64,000 nucleotides of DNA from Candidatus Saccharimonadota bacterium (GTDB lineage Bacteria > Patescibacteriota > Saccharimonadia > Saccharimonadales > Saccharimonadaceae): NCBI GenBank assembly GCA_017511965.1, contig JAFWHT010000012.1, positions 1,596-65,595 on the forward strand, written 5' to 3'. Shown here piece after piece: positions 9,426 through 20,000 of the stretch. Under the pieces are notes generated by a model. It saw only the letters and a program-made list of their open reading frames with translations. It was not told where the DNA came from and made no database searches. How positions within the stretch are numbered: position 1 is the first letter of the stretch; every line of letters begins with the position of its first letter. The position numbers and the translations under genes are program-made.

Positions 9426-10388
9426 ATGGCAGCAGCAACCTTAAGAAAGACTCGTTGGACAATTCTACTTTCGCTCAATGCGGCCGCTATTTTAATCGCT
9501 GGTATCGCTATTTCTAGTGCCATTTGGTTTAATGGTGGGCTAGAATTTCGCGTTGTTGGCGAGCGTTCTGATATTATTGATAAGCCTACCGAAGAAACCG
9601 AGCTTCTTGAATCCGTTTCTAGTTCGGGCGAAGTCACCGTCGAAGAAATCAATTTTACCGGCAACGACGATTATATTTCTACTTCTAGCCATGAATTTGA
9701 TAATTCAGACGTTTCTTCTAGTGAGCTCTGGAACGAAACCGCTATCACGATTTATGCTACTCCCGATATTGATATTTGTGTCGGTGGAGGTCTATCAGAT
9801 CTTGGTGAAATGTATTGGCAAACTTCCAATCCCAAAGTTATCGCTGGCTTTTATGATTCAGCACGTTCGTGGCTCGGCTACGATAGCGAAACTTGTCGCT
9901 ACCCTGTGATTAAGGGTACCGGCACCACTACTATTACTGCCGGCACTTACGATGGCAAACGCAAAGACTCTATCATCGTTACCGTGCTCAATCCACCAGT
10001 CAAACAATGGGAGCACGAAGTTTTAACTCTTGTTAACAAAATTCGCACCAAAAATAATCTCGGCCAATTAGCCTGGGGTGCTTTTTGTGAGTCCGCCGCC
10101 GAAACTCGCGCTGCCGAGACAATCACTCTTTATAGCCATACTCGTCCAGACGGTTCTAGCTGGTCTACTGTTTGCCCAGCCCCAGCTTCCGGTGGTGTTA
10201 ACGGCGAAAATCTCGCCATCGGTAATGCCGCTGTTTCTCCCGCCACTGTCGTTTCGCTTTGGATGGGTTCTGAGGCTCACCGCGCCAATATCTTAAACCC
10301 TAGCTACACCAAACTTGCTGTTGGTTTTGTTTTCGACCTAAACTCCAACTATCGCACCCACTGGTCGCAATTCTTCAGCACTTATTAA
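9426..10388 (+). CDS. CAP/SCP (YkwD-like) domain protein with N-terminal TM anchor
   Basis: 320 aa. C-terminal domain carries LVNKIRTKNNLGQLAW...GENLAIG...WMGSEAHRANILNPSYTKLAVGF, the CAP-domain signature. Confidence 0.7.
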   Translation: MAAATLRKTRWTILLSLNAAAILIAGIAISSAIWFNGGLEFRVVGERSDIIDKPTEETELLESVSSSGEVTVEEINFTGNDDYISTSSHEFDNSDVSSSELWNETAITIYATPDIDICVGGGLSDLGEMYWQTSNPKVIAGFYDSARSWLGYDSETCRYPVIKGTGTTTITAGTYDGKRKDSIIVTVLNPPVKQWEHEVLTLVNKIRTKNNLGQLAWGAFCESAAETRAAETITLYSHTRPDGSSWSTVCPAPASGGVNGENLAIGNAAVSPATVVSLWMGSEAHRANILNPSYTKLAVGFVFDLNSNYRTHWSQFFSTY

Positions 10389-10399
10389 CCTTGAGCTTA

Positions 10400-10408
10400 T
10401 GATATAAT
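10400..10408 (+). promoter_or_regulatory. Extended -10 (TGaTATAAT) 6 nt upstream of ATG 10415
   Basis: cttaTGaTATAATataattATG, nearly identical to the element at 9411. Confidence 0.5.
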
Positions 10409-10414
10409 ATAATT

Positions 10415-12376
10415 ATGCTTAAGTGGGCTAACTTGTTTTCTATTCAAAAAACACACGAGACCATTTCTTCACCAGATGGTGGCGTAGTCTGTCATATATC
10501 CGTAGCGTCTGGTGGCGTAGTTTATCATATCGACAAAAACAATAAGCCAGTTGTTAAATCCTCAAGGCTTGGCTTTTTATTTTTTGGCGAAAAACCACTT
10601 TATAGCAACTTAAAAATCGTTCGTGCAGTACGCAAAAAAAATCGTGAAATAGTTAAATTATTGTGGGGCGAAGATAGTGAGATTTCTAATAATTGTAATG
10701 AATTAATTTTATATCTTTCCGAAAAAACTCCACCCGAGCGCATCTTTACGCTACGTTTTAGAGTTTTTAATGACGGTGTTGCTTTTCGCTACGAGATTCC
10801 ACCCCAGCCAAAGTTTCAACGTCTTTCCGTCGAAGAAGAATTAACCGAGTTTAATTTTGATTTAAATAGTGCTGTTTGGAAAATCCCTGCCTACCAACCC
10901 GATCGCTACGAATATAATTACGAAAAAAACATCGCCGCGAATCTCACCGAATCTGCCCATACCCCACTCACTTTTAAAACCCCAAACGGTGTTTATGCTA
11001 GCATTCACGAAGCTGCGCTCTACGATTATGGCTCGATGAATGTCAAGCTAAACAGCTCAAGTATTTTATCTTCCGACATCACTCCACTTTCCGACAATAG
11101 CAAGGCTCATATCAATTTGCCATTTAATACTCCGTGGCGAGTCATTATGCTGGCCGATTCGGCCATTGAGCTTACCACCAATCGAATGATTTACGCATTA
11201 AATCCACCACCAACACAGGATTTTTCGTGGGTTAAAACTTTAAAGTTTCTCGGTATTTGGTGGGCGATGTACGTAGGCGAATGGACTTGGGCACCGGGCG
11301 AAAATCATGGCGCCACCACTGCCCACGCCAAAGATTATATCGACGCCGCTCTAAGTTTGGGTATTAGTGGTCTTTTGATCGAAGGTTGGAATGATGGATG
11401 GGAAGGTGACTGGCTCGAAAACGGCATCAATAATAAATTCACTGTTTCTACTTCGGACTTTGACTTACCAAGAGTTGCTAGTTATGCCAAAAGTCGCAAT
11501 ATCGAGCTTGTCGGGCATCACGAAACCGTCGGCTTTATCGATAATTACGAGAAGCAACTCGAGAGTGCCTATAATTATTATGCAAGTAATGGTATTAACT
11601 ACATCAAAACTGGTTATGCAGGTAGCAAAATGCTTATCCACGGCTGCCGCGAATATCATCATTCTCAGCTTGGCGTTAACCATTATCAAAAAACCGTCGA
11701 ACTTGCCGCTAAAAAACACATTTGTCTTGACATTCACGAGCCTATCAAAGGTACAGGTATCGAGCGTACTTGGCCAAATCTTCTTACTCGCGAAGGTGCC
11801 CGTGGTCAAGAGTATGAAGGTGGTGCTCTTAGTCCCTCACACGTTTGTTTTTTGCCCTACACTCGGCTTCTTGCTGGTGGCATGGATTACACCAGTGGGA
11901 TTTTTGATCTCGATCATCCTACCAAAAAAATCCACACTACGATCACTCGCCAGCTAGCTTATTTTGTAGTAATTTATTCTGGCATGCAAATGGTTGCTGA
12001 TCGCCCGCATCTTTATGAAGCAAAATTCGCCCCACTCTTTAAGTTTATCAAAAATGTACCTACTAATTTTGCCAAAACTTTGCCACTAGCTGGTGAAATC
12101 GGCGAGTATTATATTGTTGCAAGACAAGATCGTGATAGTAGCGATTGGTATATCGGCGGAGTCACCAACGAAGATTCTCGTCACGCTAATTTGTACTTAA
12201 ACTTTTTGAGTGACGGCGAATATCTTGCCGAAATTTACGCCGATGCCACAGACGCCAATTATCAAACCAACAAATTTGCTCATAAAATTTTCGAGCAAAA
12301 AGTCACCAAAGATTCCATCATTAAAATCTTCATGGCACCAGGTGGTGGCTTTGCTATTCGTTTGCGTAAATTATAA
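10415..12376 (+). CDS. Glycoside hydrolase family 97 (alpha-glucosidase-like), no signal peptide
   Basis: 653 aa. Motifs FNDGVAFRYEIP, LIEGWNDGWEGDW, YIKTGYAG and REGARGQEYEG match my recollection of GH97 (SusB-like) enzymes. Confidence 0.7.
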   Translation: MLKWANLFSIQKTHETISSPDGGVVCHISVASGGVVYHIDKNNKPVVKSSRLGFLFFGEKPLYSNLKIVRAVRKKNREIVKLLWGEDSEISNNCNELILYLSEKTPPERIFTLRFRVFNDGVAFRYEIPPQPKFQRLSVEEELTEFNFDLNSAVWKIPAYQPDRYEYNYEKNIAANLTESAHTPLTFKTPNGVYASIHEAALYDYGSMNVKLNSSSILSSDITPLSDNSKAHINLPFNTPWRVIMLADSAIELTTNRMIYALNPPPTQDFSWVKTLKFLGIWWAMYVGEWTWAPGENHGATTAHAKDYIDAALSLGISGLLIEGWNDGWEGDWLENGINNKFTVSTSDFDLPRVASYAKSRNIELVGHHETVGFIDNYEKQLESAYNYYASNGINYIKTGYAGSKMLIHGCREYHHSQLGVNHYQKTVELAAKKHICLDIHEPIKGTGIERTWPNLLTREGARGQEYEGGALSPSHVCFLPYTRLLAGGMDYTSGIFDLDHPTKKIHTTITRQLAYFVVIYSGMQMVADRPHLYEAKFAPLFKFIKNVPTNFAKTLPLAGEIGEYYIVARQDRDSSDWYIGGVTNEDSRHANLYLNFLSDGEYLAEIYADATDANYQTNKFAHKIFEQKVTKDSIIKIFMAPGGGFAIRLRKL

Positions 12377-12877
12377 TTTTGTTGCCGTAACAATCAATCG
12401 ATGCGTCGCATCCATGTTTTCCAACATTTCACCTGCACAAGTCATCAATACTATCGTGTCGTCTGATTCGTTTTTTAAAACTTGTCGCATCGAAATCTCA
12501 TTTTTTTCTAATAATTCCCTTTTTTTAACTTTATAAAGTTTGCTTTTATAAATCACCGTATCATTTATTTTTAACTTATCTAGATTTTCAAAAATTGTTG
12601 TCGAATGTCCAACCAAAAGAGTTTTGTTTTCTGCTCTCGAAAAACTTCCTACAATTAAATCTGGCGTGTCTAGTTTGCCGTTTTTTGATTCTAAAATTGT
12701 GACGTCCGAAACTAGATTGATCGCTGGGATTTTTAACTGCGTGTCTATCGCGTAAATTGATTTAGTTGGCAGAAAACCAACTATCAAGTATACCGAGAGC
12801 AAAAAACTATACAAAATAATAAAAACTTTTCTAAGTGAAAAACGTTTTTTTAACTCCACCTCTCCTCCTGATTTCAA
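12371..12877 (-). CDS. Sortase-family transpeptidase (paralog 1)
   Basis: 168 aa. N-terminal TM helix, LLVGHST (His), IVLMTCAG (Cys) and THRLIV (Arg), the sortase catalytic-triad layout. Confidence 0.65.
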   Translation of the reverse strand: MKSGGEVELKKRFSLRKVFIILYSFLLSVYLIVGFLPTKSIYAIDTQLKIPAINLVSDVTILESKNGKLDTPDLIVGSFSRAENKTLLVGHSTTIFENLDKLKINDTVIYKSKLYKVKKRELLEKNEISMRQVLKNESDDTIVLMTCAGEMLENMDATHRLIVTATKL

Positions 12878-12894
12878 TTATAGCACAAGCAATT

Positions 12895-13449
12895 TCAAAG
12901 TCCAGGATTAAAATGTTTTATTTTTTTCTCATGCAATCGATAGTTCTTATCATGTGTACCCACTTCGCGCCAAAAATCTCGCGAATGATTCATGTGATTT
13001 AAATGCGCCAACTCGTGTAAAATCACGTAGTCACGTAAAACTTCCGGAACTTTCATCAATCCAATGTTAAGAGAAATTGTTTTGTTTGATGAACAACTCC
13101 CCCACCTAGTGTTTGCGTGTGTTAGTCGGCATTTGTTATATTCATAGCCATACAATTTTGCAAAGTATTCCAATCGATAAGGTAAGTATTCCCTAGCTTT
13201 TTTCATTAAAATCTTTTTTTGGTAATCTCGCGCTCGTTGTTCTTTAGGGTTTTTGAGTGGTAATTTTTCGCGAATCATTTTGCGATTTAAATCCAAGATT
13301 CTTTTTACGAAAAAATCCGAAGTGTGTTTTGGTACCGACATCGCCAGTCGTCCGGATGTCGAAACAGAAAATCTTGCCCCTCGCGAAAGTGGCGATTTTC
13401 TTACGATTACTTCGCCAAATTCCTTGTCGTTTAAAATCATTGGAAACAA
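12895..13449 (-). CDS. YgjP-like (DUF45 / M48-like) metal-dependent hydrolase
   Basis: 184 aa with HELAHLNHMNHSRDFW, the DUF45 HExxH...NHS..FW signature. Confidence 0.7.
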   Translation of the reverse strand: MFPMILNDKEFGEVIVRKSPLSRGARFSVSTSGRLAMSVPKHTSDFFVKRILDLNRKMIREKLPLKNPKEQRARDYQKKILMKKAREYLPYRLEYFAKLYGYEYNKCRLTHANTRWGSCSSNKTISLNIGLMKVPEVLRDYVILHELAHLNHMNHSRDFWREVGTHDKNYRLHEKKIKHFNPGL

Positions 13450-13938
13450 TTACAAATTAGCCAAACCCGAAATCACATGCTTGGTTTGAGTCTCGAAAGT
13501 GTGTTTACCAGAAAGAATGATTGGATGTTCATATTCTGCTGGTGCATCCATTTCTGCAATTGCTTTGTCGTAAACTACCTTAGCTTTTGATACGTCTTTG
13601 TAGCGTGTTTTCAAACGATTGCGAATCGTTGATACGTCAGTCTGAATCCAAATGAGAGACGGTGTGTAGCCAGATTTTCGGAGTAAGTTTCGTACTTCTT
13701 CGCGATCTTTTTCTGTCTTGGTCGCTCCTTCAATTAGAATAGTTTGACGCGTCCTTAGCATCAAATCCAGAATTACCAGAATTTGTTCTCTAGTAAAATT
13801 ATTTTTTTCTTGTAATTCGTCTAGGTCAAAAAACGCTAGTCCAAATTTTTTGGCAAATTTTTTGCCGAATGTTGTTTTGCCGCTGCATGGCGCTCCAAAC
13901 ACTAAAAGCGCTCGCGGTTTTGATTTATTACCTTCCAT
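13450..13938 (-). CDS. P-loop NTPase / small-molecule kinase-like protein
   Basis: Walker A GAPCSGKTT. Start set at MEGNKSK, with GGAGG 5 nt upstream. The track's longer start at 13995 would overlap tRNA-Trp. Confidence 0.55.
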   Translation of the reverse strand: MEGNKSKPRALLVFGAPCSGKTTFGKKFAKKFGLAFFDLDELQEKNNFTREQILVILDLMLRTRQTILIEGATKTEKDREEVRNLLRKSGYTPSLIWIQTDVSTIRNRLKTRYKDVSKAKVVYDKAIAEMDAPAEYEHPIILSGKHTFETQTKHVISGLANL

Positions 13939-13962
13939 AATACCTCCATTATAACACACTTT

Positions 13963-14038
13963 TGGCAGGGGCGGCAGGACTTGAACCCACGACACGCGGT
14001 TTTGGAGACCGCTGCTCTACCAACTGAGCTACACCCCT
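13963..14038 (-). tRNA. tRNA-Trp (anticodon CCA), 3'-CCA encoded
   Basis: Hand-folded cloverleaf: acceptor aggggtg/cgcccct, anticodon arm gcggt-ctCCAaa-accgc, T-loop ttcaagt. The T-stem has two G-U pairs. Confidence 0.85.
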
Positions 14039-14091
14039 TCAAATGTTCCTGTTCTATTTTATCACATTTTTTACACAAAACATAACTTTTA

Positions 14092-14100
14092 TGCTAAAAT
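14092..14100 (+). promoter_or_regulatory. Extended -10 (TGcTAAAAT) 6 nt upstream of ATG 14107
   Basis: ttaTGcTAAAATaaaaagATG with no SD. Confidence 0.45.
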
Positions 14101-14106
14101 AAAAAG

Positions 14107-15318
14107 ATGAAGATTTTAATGCTCGGTTGGGAGCTTCCTCCGCACAATAGCGGTGGTTTGGGCGTAGCCTGTTACAACATGGCGCGTGCTTTGAGCAAGG
14201 AGGGCGTCAAAATTAATTTTGTTTTGCCGTATAACGCTAAGCATCCCAAAATCGATTTTATGAAAATTCATGCCGCGACCAATCTTGATCCACTATTTCG
14301 TTTTGGTGGCGGTGCTTACGTATCTTCTAATGTCACCGATCATCTTATTCCTAATCCAAGTAGCGAACAGCTTACTTCGATTCGCGAAATTCAAAATGAG
14401 TATTGTGAATTCACTAAAAATCTAGTCGCCAAAGATATGCCCGACGTCGTTCATGCTCACGACTGGCTTACCTATGAAGCCGGCGTTGCTATCAAAGAAA
14501 AATACGGCGTTCCGTTGGTTGCCCATGTTCATGCTACCGAATTTGATCGTTCTGGCGGTAGTGCTGGCAACCCTTTAATCCACGCAATCGAATACGAGGG
14601 TTTAAGAGCCGCCGATAAAATCATCGCCGTCTCCGAGCTTACCAAGCACATCATTCATGAAAAATACGGCATTCCTTTATCCAAAATTGACGTCGTTTAC
14701 AATTCCCTCGACGAAGATTATCGCAACGACGAGTATGCCTTCGAAGAAGAATACTATCAATATGCCAAATCTAAAAAATCTGCAGGCTACACTATTATTT
14801 CTACCGTCGGTCGTTTCACTATTCAAAAAGGCCTTAGTTTCTTAATGTTTGCCGCCAAGAAAGCCATTGCTAAAAATCCTAAGTTGTTGTTTATTTTTGC
14901 TGGCGATGGCGAAGAACGCGATAAGCTAATCAACCTTTCTGCTGAGCTTGGTATTTCAGAAAATGTAATTTTTACCGGTTTTATTCGTGGCACGCGCTTG
15001 CGCGATATTTATACTCTTTCCGATATTTTTATCATGAGTTCAATATCTGAGCCATTTGGTCTTACCGCACTCGAAGCCGCTTATCACGGCGATGCGCTCA
15101 TTCTCACCAAAGAATCTGGCGTTTCCGAAATTATCTCCTCTGCCTTTAAATATCATTTTTGGGACGAAAACAAACTCTCTAGTCAAATTTTAGCTCTAAG
15201 CTCTAGTCCAACTTTGCTAAAAACTCTCCAAAAAAATGCCAAACAAGAATTTGAACAAATCTCTTGGGAACAAATCGCCAAAGAGTGTCTCGAGATTTAC
15301 CATTTAGCGAAAGGTTAA
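14107..15318 (+). CDS. GT4/GT5-type glycosyltransferase (alpha-glucan/glycogen synthase-like)
   Basis: 403 aa. N-terminus MKILMLGWELPPHNSGGLGVACYNMARAL and a C-terminal EPFGLTALEA motif. It is adjacent to a GH57 gene. Confidence 0.65.
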   Translation: MKILMLGWELPPHNSGGLGVACYNMARALSKEGVKINFVLPYNAKHPKIDFMKIHAATNLDPLFRFGGGAYVSSNVTDHLIPNPSSEQLTSIREIQNEYCEFTKNLVAKDMPDVVHAHDWLTYEAGVAIKEKYGVPLVAHVHATEFDRSGGSAGNPLIHAIEYEGLRAADKIIAVSELTKHIIHEKYGIPLSKIDVVYNSLDEDYRNDEYAFEEEYYQYAKSKKSAGYTIISTVGRFTIQKGLSFLMFAAKKAIAKNPKLLFIFAGDGEERDKLINLSAELGISENVIFTGFIRGTRLRDIYTLSDIFIMSSISEPFGLTALEAAYHGDALILTKESGVSEIISSAFKYHFWDENKLSSQILALSSSPTLLKTLQKNAKQEFEQISWEQIAKECLEIYHLAKG

Positions 15319-15322
15319 AACA

Positions 15323-16525
15323 TTGCGCGCTATTTGTCTTTATCTCCACATCCATCAGCCTATTCGCTATCGCGATTATTCGGCTTTCGACATAGGTAAT
15401 AATTCTGATTATTTTGATTCTGCCTATTATACTCGCTGGAACAATCAAAAAATTTTCGAAAAGGTTGCATCAAAAAGTTATCATCCCATGCTCGATTTAC
15501 TCGAAAAAAAGATGCATGAGTTTCCCGAATTTAAAGTGTCTTTTAGTATTACTGGTACTTGGTTAGAACAAGCCGAAAAATGGGATCCTAGTTTAATCGC
15601 ACAAATTAAACGTATGGTAGAGCGTGGTCAAGTCGAGCTACTTAGCGAAACTTATTATCACTCACTCGCCTATTTTTTCGATCTTGATGAGTTTAACGCT
15701 CAGGTTGATCAGCATTCGGCCAAAATCAAAAAACTTTTCAATGTCAAACCTAAAGTTTTTCGCAATACCGAATTAGCTTATAATAATAGCCTCGCTAAGT
15801 GGGCCGAAAAAAAGGGCTACCAAGGCATTTTAGCCGAAGGTTGGGATAAAATTCTTGGTTGGCGTAGCCCAAATCATGTTTATCGTCCAGTCGATTGCTC
15901 AAAAATTAAGTTGTTACTTAAAAATTATCGTCTTTCCGACGACATCGCTTTTCGTTTTTCTAATCGCGATTGGAAAGAGCATCCTCTCACCGTCAAAAAA
16001 TATCAACGCTGGATAAACGACGATTGTTTGCGGGGTAATTTAATTAATTTATTTATGGATTTTGAAACTTTCGGCGAACATCAGTGGGCAGATACGGGTA
16101 TTTTCAAATTTTTCGACCAATTTGTTACCAGCTGGATGAAAGAATACGACAACAAATTTGTTACCGCTTCTGAGGCTTGCCAACTAGAATCACCGGTCGA
16201 CGAAATTTCCATGCCAAACACAATCACTTGGGCCGACACCGAGCGTGATTTATCGGCTTGGCTATCAAATTCAATGCAAAACTCTGCCCTAGAGACGCTA
16301 TTTTCCTTCAAAGATTTGGTTTTTAAAACCAAAGACCAAAAGCTTATCTCCGATTGGCGTCTTCTTACTACTTCCGATCATCCATATTCAATGTGCACCA
16401 AATACTGGCGCGACGGCGATGTCCACGCCTATTTTTCTGCTTACGCCTCACCGTACGAGAGCTTCATGTATTTCATGAATATCTTACGAGACCTAGAATA
16501 TAGACTTAGCGTTTCTTCTCTTTAA
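15323..16525 (+). CDS. Glycoside hydrolase family 57 protein
   Basis: 400 aa with a TTG start. The N-terminal CLYLHIHQP motif and overall length are typical of GH57 alpha-amylase/branching-type enzymes. Confidence 0.7.
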   Translation: MRAICLYLHIHQPIRYRDYSAFDIGNNSDYFDSAYYTRWNNQKIFEKVASKSYHPMLDLLEKKMHEFPEFKVSFSITGTWLEQAEKWDPSLIAQIKRMVERGQVELLSETYYHSLAYFFDLDEFNAQVDQHSAKIKKLFNVKPKVFRNTELAYNNSLAKWAEKKGYQGILAEGWDKILGWRSPNHVYRPVDCSKIKLLLKNYRLSDDIAFRFSNRDWKEHPLTVKKYQRWINDDCLRGNLINLFMDFETFGEHQWADTGIFKFFDQFVTSWMKEYDNKFVTASEACQLESPVDEISMPNTITWADTERDLSAWLSNSMQNSALETLFSFKDLVFKTKDQKLISDWRLLTTSDHPYSMCTKYWRDGDVHAYFSAYASPYESFMYFMNILRDLEYRLSVSSL

Positions 16526-16715
16526 CTTCGTTTCGTCCAAGATTTTTCTTGGTTTCTACAAACAAAACATGCTTGCGTAAAACCGGATCGTACTTTTTAA
16601 GACTTAATTTATCCGGCGTATTCATGGTATTTTTCTTGGTATAATAAGCTCGAACTCCCGATTCTTCCGAAACGAGCCCAACTAACTTTCTCTTGGTATT
16701 ATTCTTTTTTGCCAT
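16506..16715 (-). CDS. rpmG: 50S ribosomal protein L33 (Cys-free type)
   Basis: 69 aa: [18 protein letters not shown]...YYTKKN...[21 protein letters not shown]. No cysteines, and a basic C-terminal extension. Confidence 0.8.
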   Translation of the reverse strand: MAKKNNTKRKLVGLVSEESGVRAYYTKKNTMNTPDKLSLKKYDPVLRKHVLFVETKKNLGRNEVKEKKR

Positions 16716-16743
16716 AACTGACTACCATTTTATCACAAATCCA

Positions 16744-16776
16744 GGAAAAAGGCAAGGTTTTGTCAACCTCGCCTTT
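16744..16776 (-). terminator. Rho-independent terminator after the small zinc-ribbon gene
   Basis: Minus strand: aaggcgagg-ttgacaaaa-ccttgcctt followed by TTTTT. 9-bp stem with one G-U pair. Confidence 0.6.
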
Positions 16777-16783
16777 AGGTGAA

Positions 16784-16993
16784 TTATACTCTGCCACTAC
16801 CACGACAATTAGGGCATTCGCCACCCCAGGTATTTTTACCTGAGCCAAAACAAACTCCACAAACTCCCCAGCTGTCTGACCGCCGGTAGCCCTGCTCATG
16901 TTCACGCTGGATGTGCTCTGTCAAGATACGCTGAATCTCTGAGCTGTCGCCATACGCTACAAAAGAACACCGTGGACAAGTTTGATGAGCCAA
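16784..16993 (-). CDS. Small Cys-rich protein with two DnaJ-type CxxCxGxG motifs
   Basis: 69 aa with a TTG start. It has CPRC...H...H, then CGVCFGSG and CPNCRGSG. It has its own terminator and looks locally GC-richer by eye. The start codon and SD spacing are uncertain. Confidence 0.45.
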   Translation of the reverse strand: MAHQTCPRCSFVAYGDSSEIQRILTEHIQREHEQGYRRSDSWGVCGVCFGSGKNTWGGECPNCRGSGRV

Positions 16994-17061
16994 TCACCTC
17001 ACCCCCTTTCAAAAGGACCATATATATTATATATACCGCAAGTATTATATCTATTTTTACT

Positions 17062-20000
17062 TTACTTTGCAAGCAAAAGCGCAATAAAATTTCGGATGTC
17101 TTTCAAGCCTAAATTGCTATCTGCTGGCACAAAAATTTCCGCATTATCTATAAAACTCAATGTGGCAATTTGACGATACACTGCCGTCATCAGTGTTTTT
17201 AATTCAGACTCATCTTGTTCGTTGAATTCATAAACCTTGTCGTGAACTTGTTCGTCTCCATCTGGCGTCACAAACAGAATATGCCCACGCTTTATCTTAT
17301 ACTTAGCGTAAGTTGGCGAGTTATTTAGTAGTAGTTTATAAAATTCTAGTTGCAACATATATTTAAATAGTGTTGCATGCGATTGCCAAGCTTTATTTTT
17401 GTATCCTCCAGTTTTAAAATCGTAAATCTCAATTGTTTTATTAGTTTCATCTATTATAATATGGTCTATTTTGCCAGTTACCGGCACACCGTTAATCGAA
17501 AGTTTCTCTGGCCCCAAATTAACTTCCGCTTTACCGTTTTTCAAAATCGTATCAAACGCTTCTAACGCCACCACAATATCTTCGGTTCCTTTTTCGCGCA
17601 TCCTTCTTAATACTTCGCTCTCTAACTCTTTTTTCTCTAACTCGGATCTAAAAAACTCCAGCGCCGCTTCTTTAGAAGCTTTTTTATTAGTCACAAATTC
17701 GAAAGTCTTATGCACCAAATCTCCATAAGCCATAACTTCCGTCTCTGGTTCGCGTGGTGCTTGCAAAATATAATTTTTGAAAAACTCTTGTGGCCCCGCA
17801 TAAACGATATCGATAAATGAAGTCAAACTTGATGCCGACATCCTAAACCGATTTACGCGCTCTTGGTAAATTGCCCGCATATCTGGCGTTGGCTTAATAA
17901 ACGGTGTTAACCAATTTTTAAGAGGTTTTTCGGAATAATCATAGGCGCTTGCTTCATAGTGCGTCATTACTTTTGCTCTTGGAATTAATGGAGAAATTAC
18001 CTTATCGCCATCAATACTTTCGTCAAAATACTCCAATCTTTCTGGTGATTTGCCATTAAAATCTCGCAAAGAGTTAGTGATATATAATACTTCTTTAGCT
18101 CGCGTCAAAGCTACATATAAAATCCTAAGTTTTTCCCCATCTGTCGTACCAGTATGTCGAATCTGAGTTAGATTTTTTGGTAGCACCAACATACTGTTGT
18201 TTCCCTTACCTTTGCCCCAGGCCGCATGATCTGCTGTTAGTATAAATACGTACGAAAATTCTAAACCCTTTGCTTTATGCGCCGAAAGAATCGACACGGC
18301 CTCACTCGATTCTCTGTAAGGGCTAGTGGTGTTTATTGCCATTTCGGCTTCTGTATAATCATCTAACATCGCGATTAAATCAGCCAGTTTTAATTTGCGT
18401 TCATCGCCAAAGTGTTGTTTTAGTTTACCACGTAGTGCCGCCAAGTTTTCGTATAGCGAAAATGCTTCGTAATCGTCTTTTGAGTAATATCGTAAAAATG
18501 GTGATTTATATCCATCTATTTCTGTTGCGCCAATCAAATAATCAAAGAAAATTTCCAGAGGCTCGTTAAATGATTTTGCTACCAAATTTCCTAAAAACTC
18601 TGCCACTTTTGCAATTTTGGGATTGTCCGAATCTGCCAGTACTGCAAAAATTGCTTTTTTGTCGGCCCTAGCTTTATCGGTTAATTTTACTATTTCCAAA
18701 ATTGGCAATTCTAAAAACGGATACGATAACACCTCTAGTGCCGAAACCGAGGGCTTTTTGTTATTGGCCAACTCATATACGTACCGTGCCAAGTTTAAAA
18801 GTTGGTAGATTTTTTCGTCTTCTAGAATGTTGTTCTTTTTTTCGTAGGCAATGTTTATCTCTGGATGTGATTTTAAAAACGGCAAAAGTGGCATAAAATA
18901 CTTAAGTTTATATGAAATTACTGCAATTTCATTTTGCGAAACACCACTTTTAATTAGCCGTGCGATTTCGTCTGCCACAAAGGCATATTCCATGTCGCTC
19001 GATAAAAATTCGTGTCGATAAATCTGCGACTTTGGCAGCGCTTTTTTGTGCGCAATTAGTTCTTTATCTGCAAACCGGTCTGGCGCTTGCTCGATAATTT
19101 TATGCGAAAAATCTAAAATTTCTTGCGTGCTACGGTAGTTTTCGACTAGTGCAATTACATTAGCATTATAATGTTTTTGAAAATCTGTCAAATTAGTCGA
19201 TAATGCTCCTTGAAATTCGTAAATCGCTTGATCATCATCACCTACCGCCATAATCATTGGCTTTTCGTAATCGGTCAATTCTTTAATAATCGCAAATTGC
19301 GACGGATTAGTATCCTGAAACTCATCCAGCATAATAAATTGGTAACGTTCAGACAGCGTTGCTTTAAATCCGGCATCCGTTTTTAGTACTCGCGTTGCTT
19401 CTTTAATCATATCATCAAAATCATATAGTCCATTTTCTTTCAGATATGCATCATATTTTTCCATTACAAAAGCAAGACTAAGTAACTTCTTATTTGCTAC
19501 TCTGTCCTTTAACCGATAATTCCCTTTTTCGTCTTTCTCGAAGTATTTATCTTTCCAAGCGCTAAGAGGCTTAATTTTTTCTTCGCTTTCTGCTTCTAGA
19601 ATTGCCTCTTTCAAATCTTTTGCGATATAATTTATATTTCTTTCAACATTCGATACGATCGGTTTAGTATTTTCATATTTATGCAATATATTATATATAG
19701 GACTATATGCATTTTCGTATGATTTTTTGAAGTTGCGTGGCACGATTTTTAAAAGAAATGGTGAAATGGTTTTTGATAAAACTTCTGAATCTTCGAGATT
19801 GACTTCTGCGATTTTCTGAAGCTGTTTGCTCGTGAGCCCTGCCGATTTTGCCGCCGAAATCACCGACACGATATCTTTTACTGCGTCGCCTCGCAAAATA
19901 TCTTTTCCCGAAAGCCCTTCCTGAACTAATCGCACAATTTTAAATTGTGTTACTTCATCAATCGCCGCGTCCAATCTTCTATCGTAATCTTCTGCATAAT

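Noticed and set aside
13939-13995. N-terminal extensions proposed by the ORF track: the kinase from 13995 (overlapping tRNA-Trp), dnaX from 4645, gpsA from 21131, nrdD from 24753, the SDR from 43148, thyA from 51031, rpoA from 57029, and the DsbA-like gene from 6415.
   Set aside because: In each case an internal ATG aligns with the conserved N-terminus of the family and has an SD or a -10 element at the right distance. The extension either overlaps a neighbouring gene or tRNA, or uses TTG/GTG without an SD.
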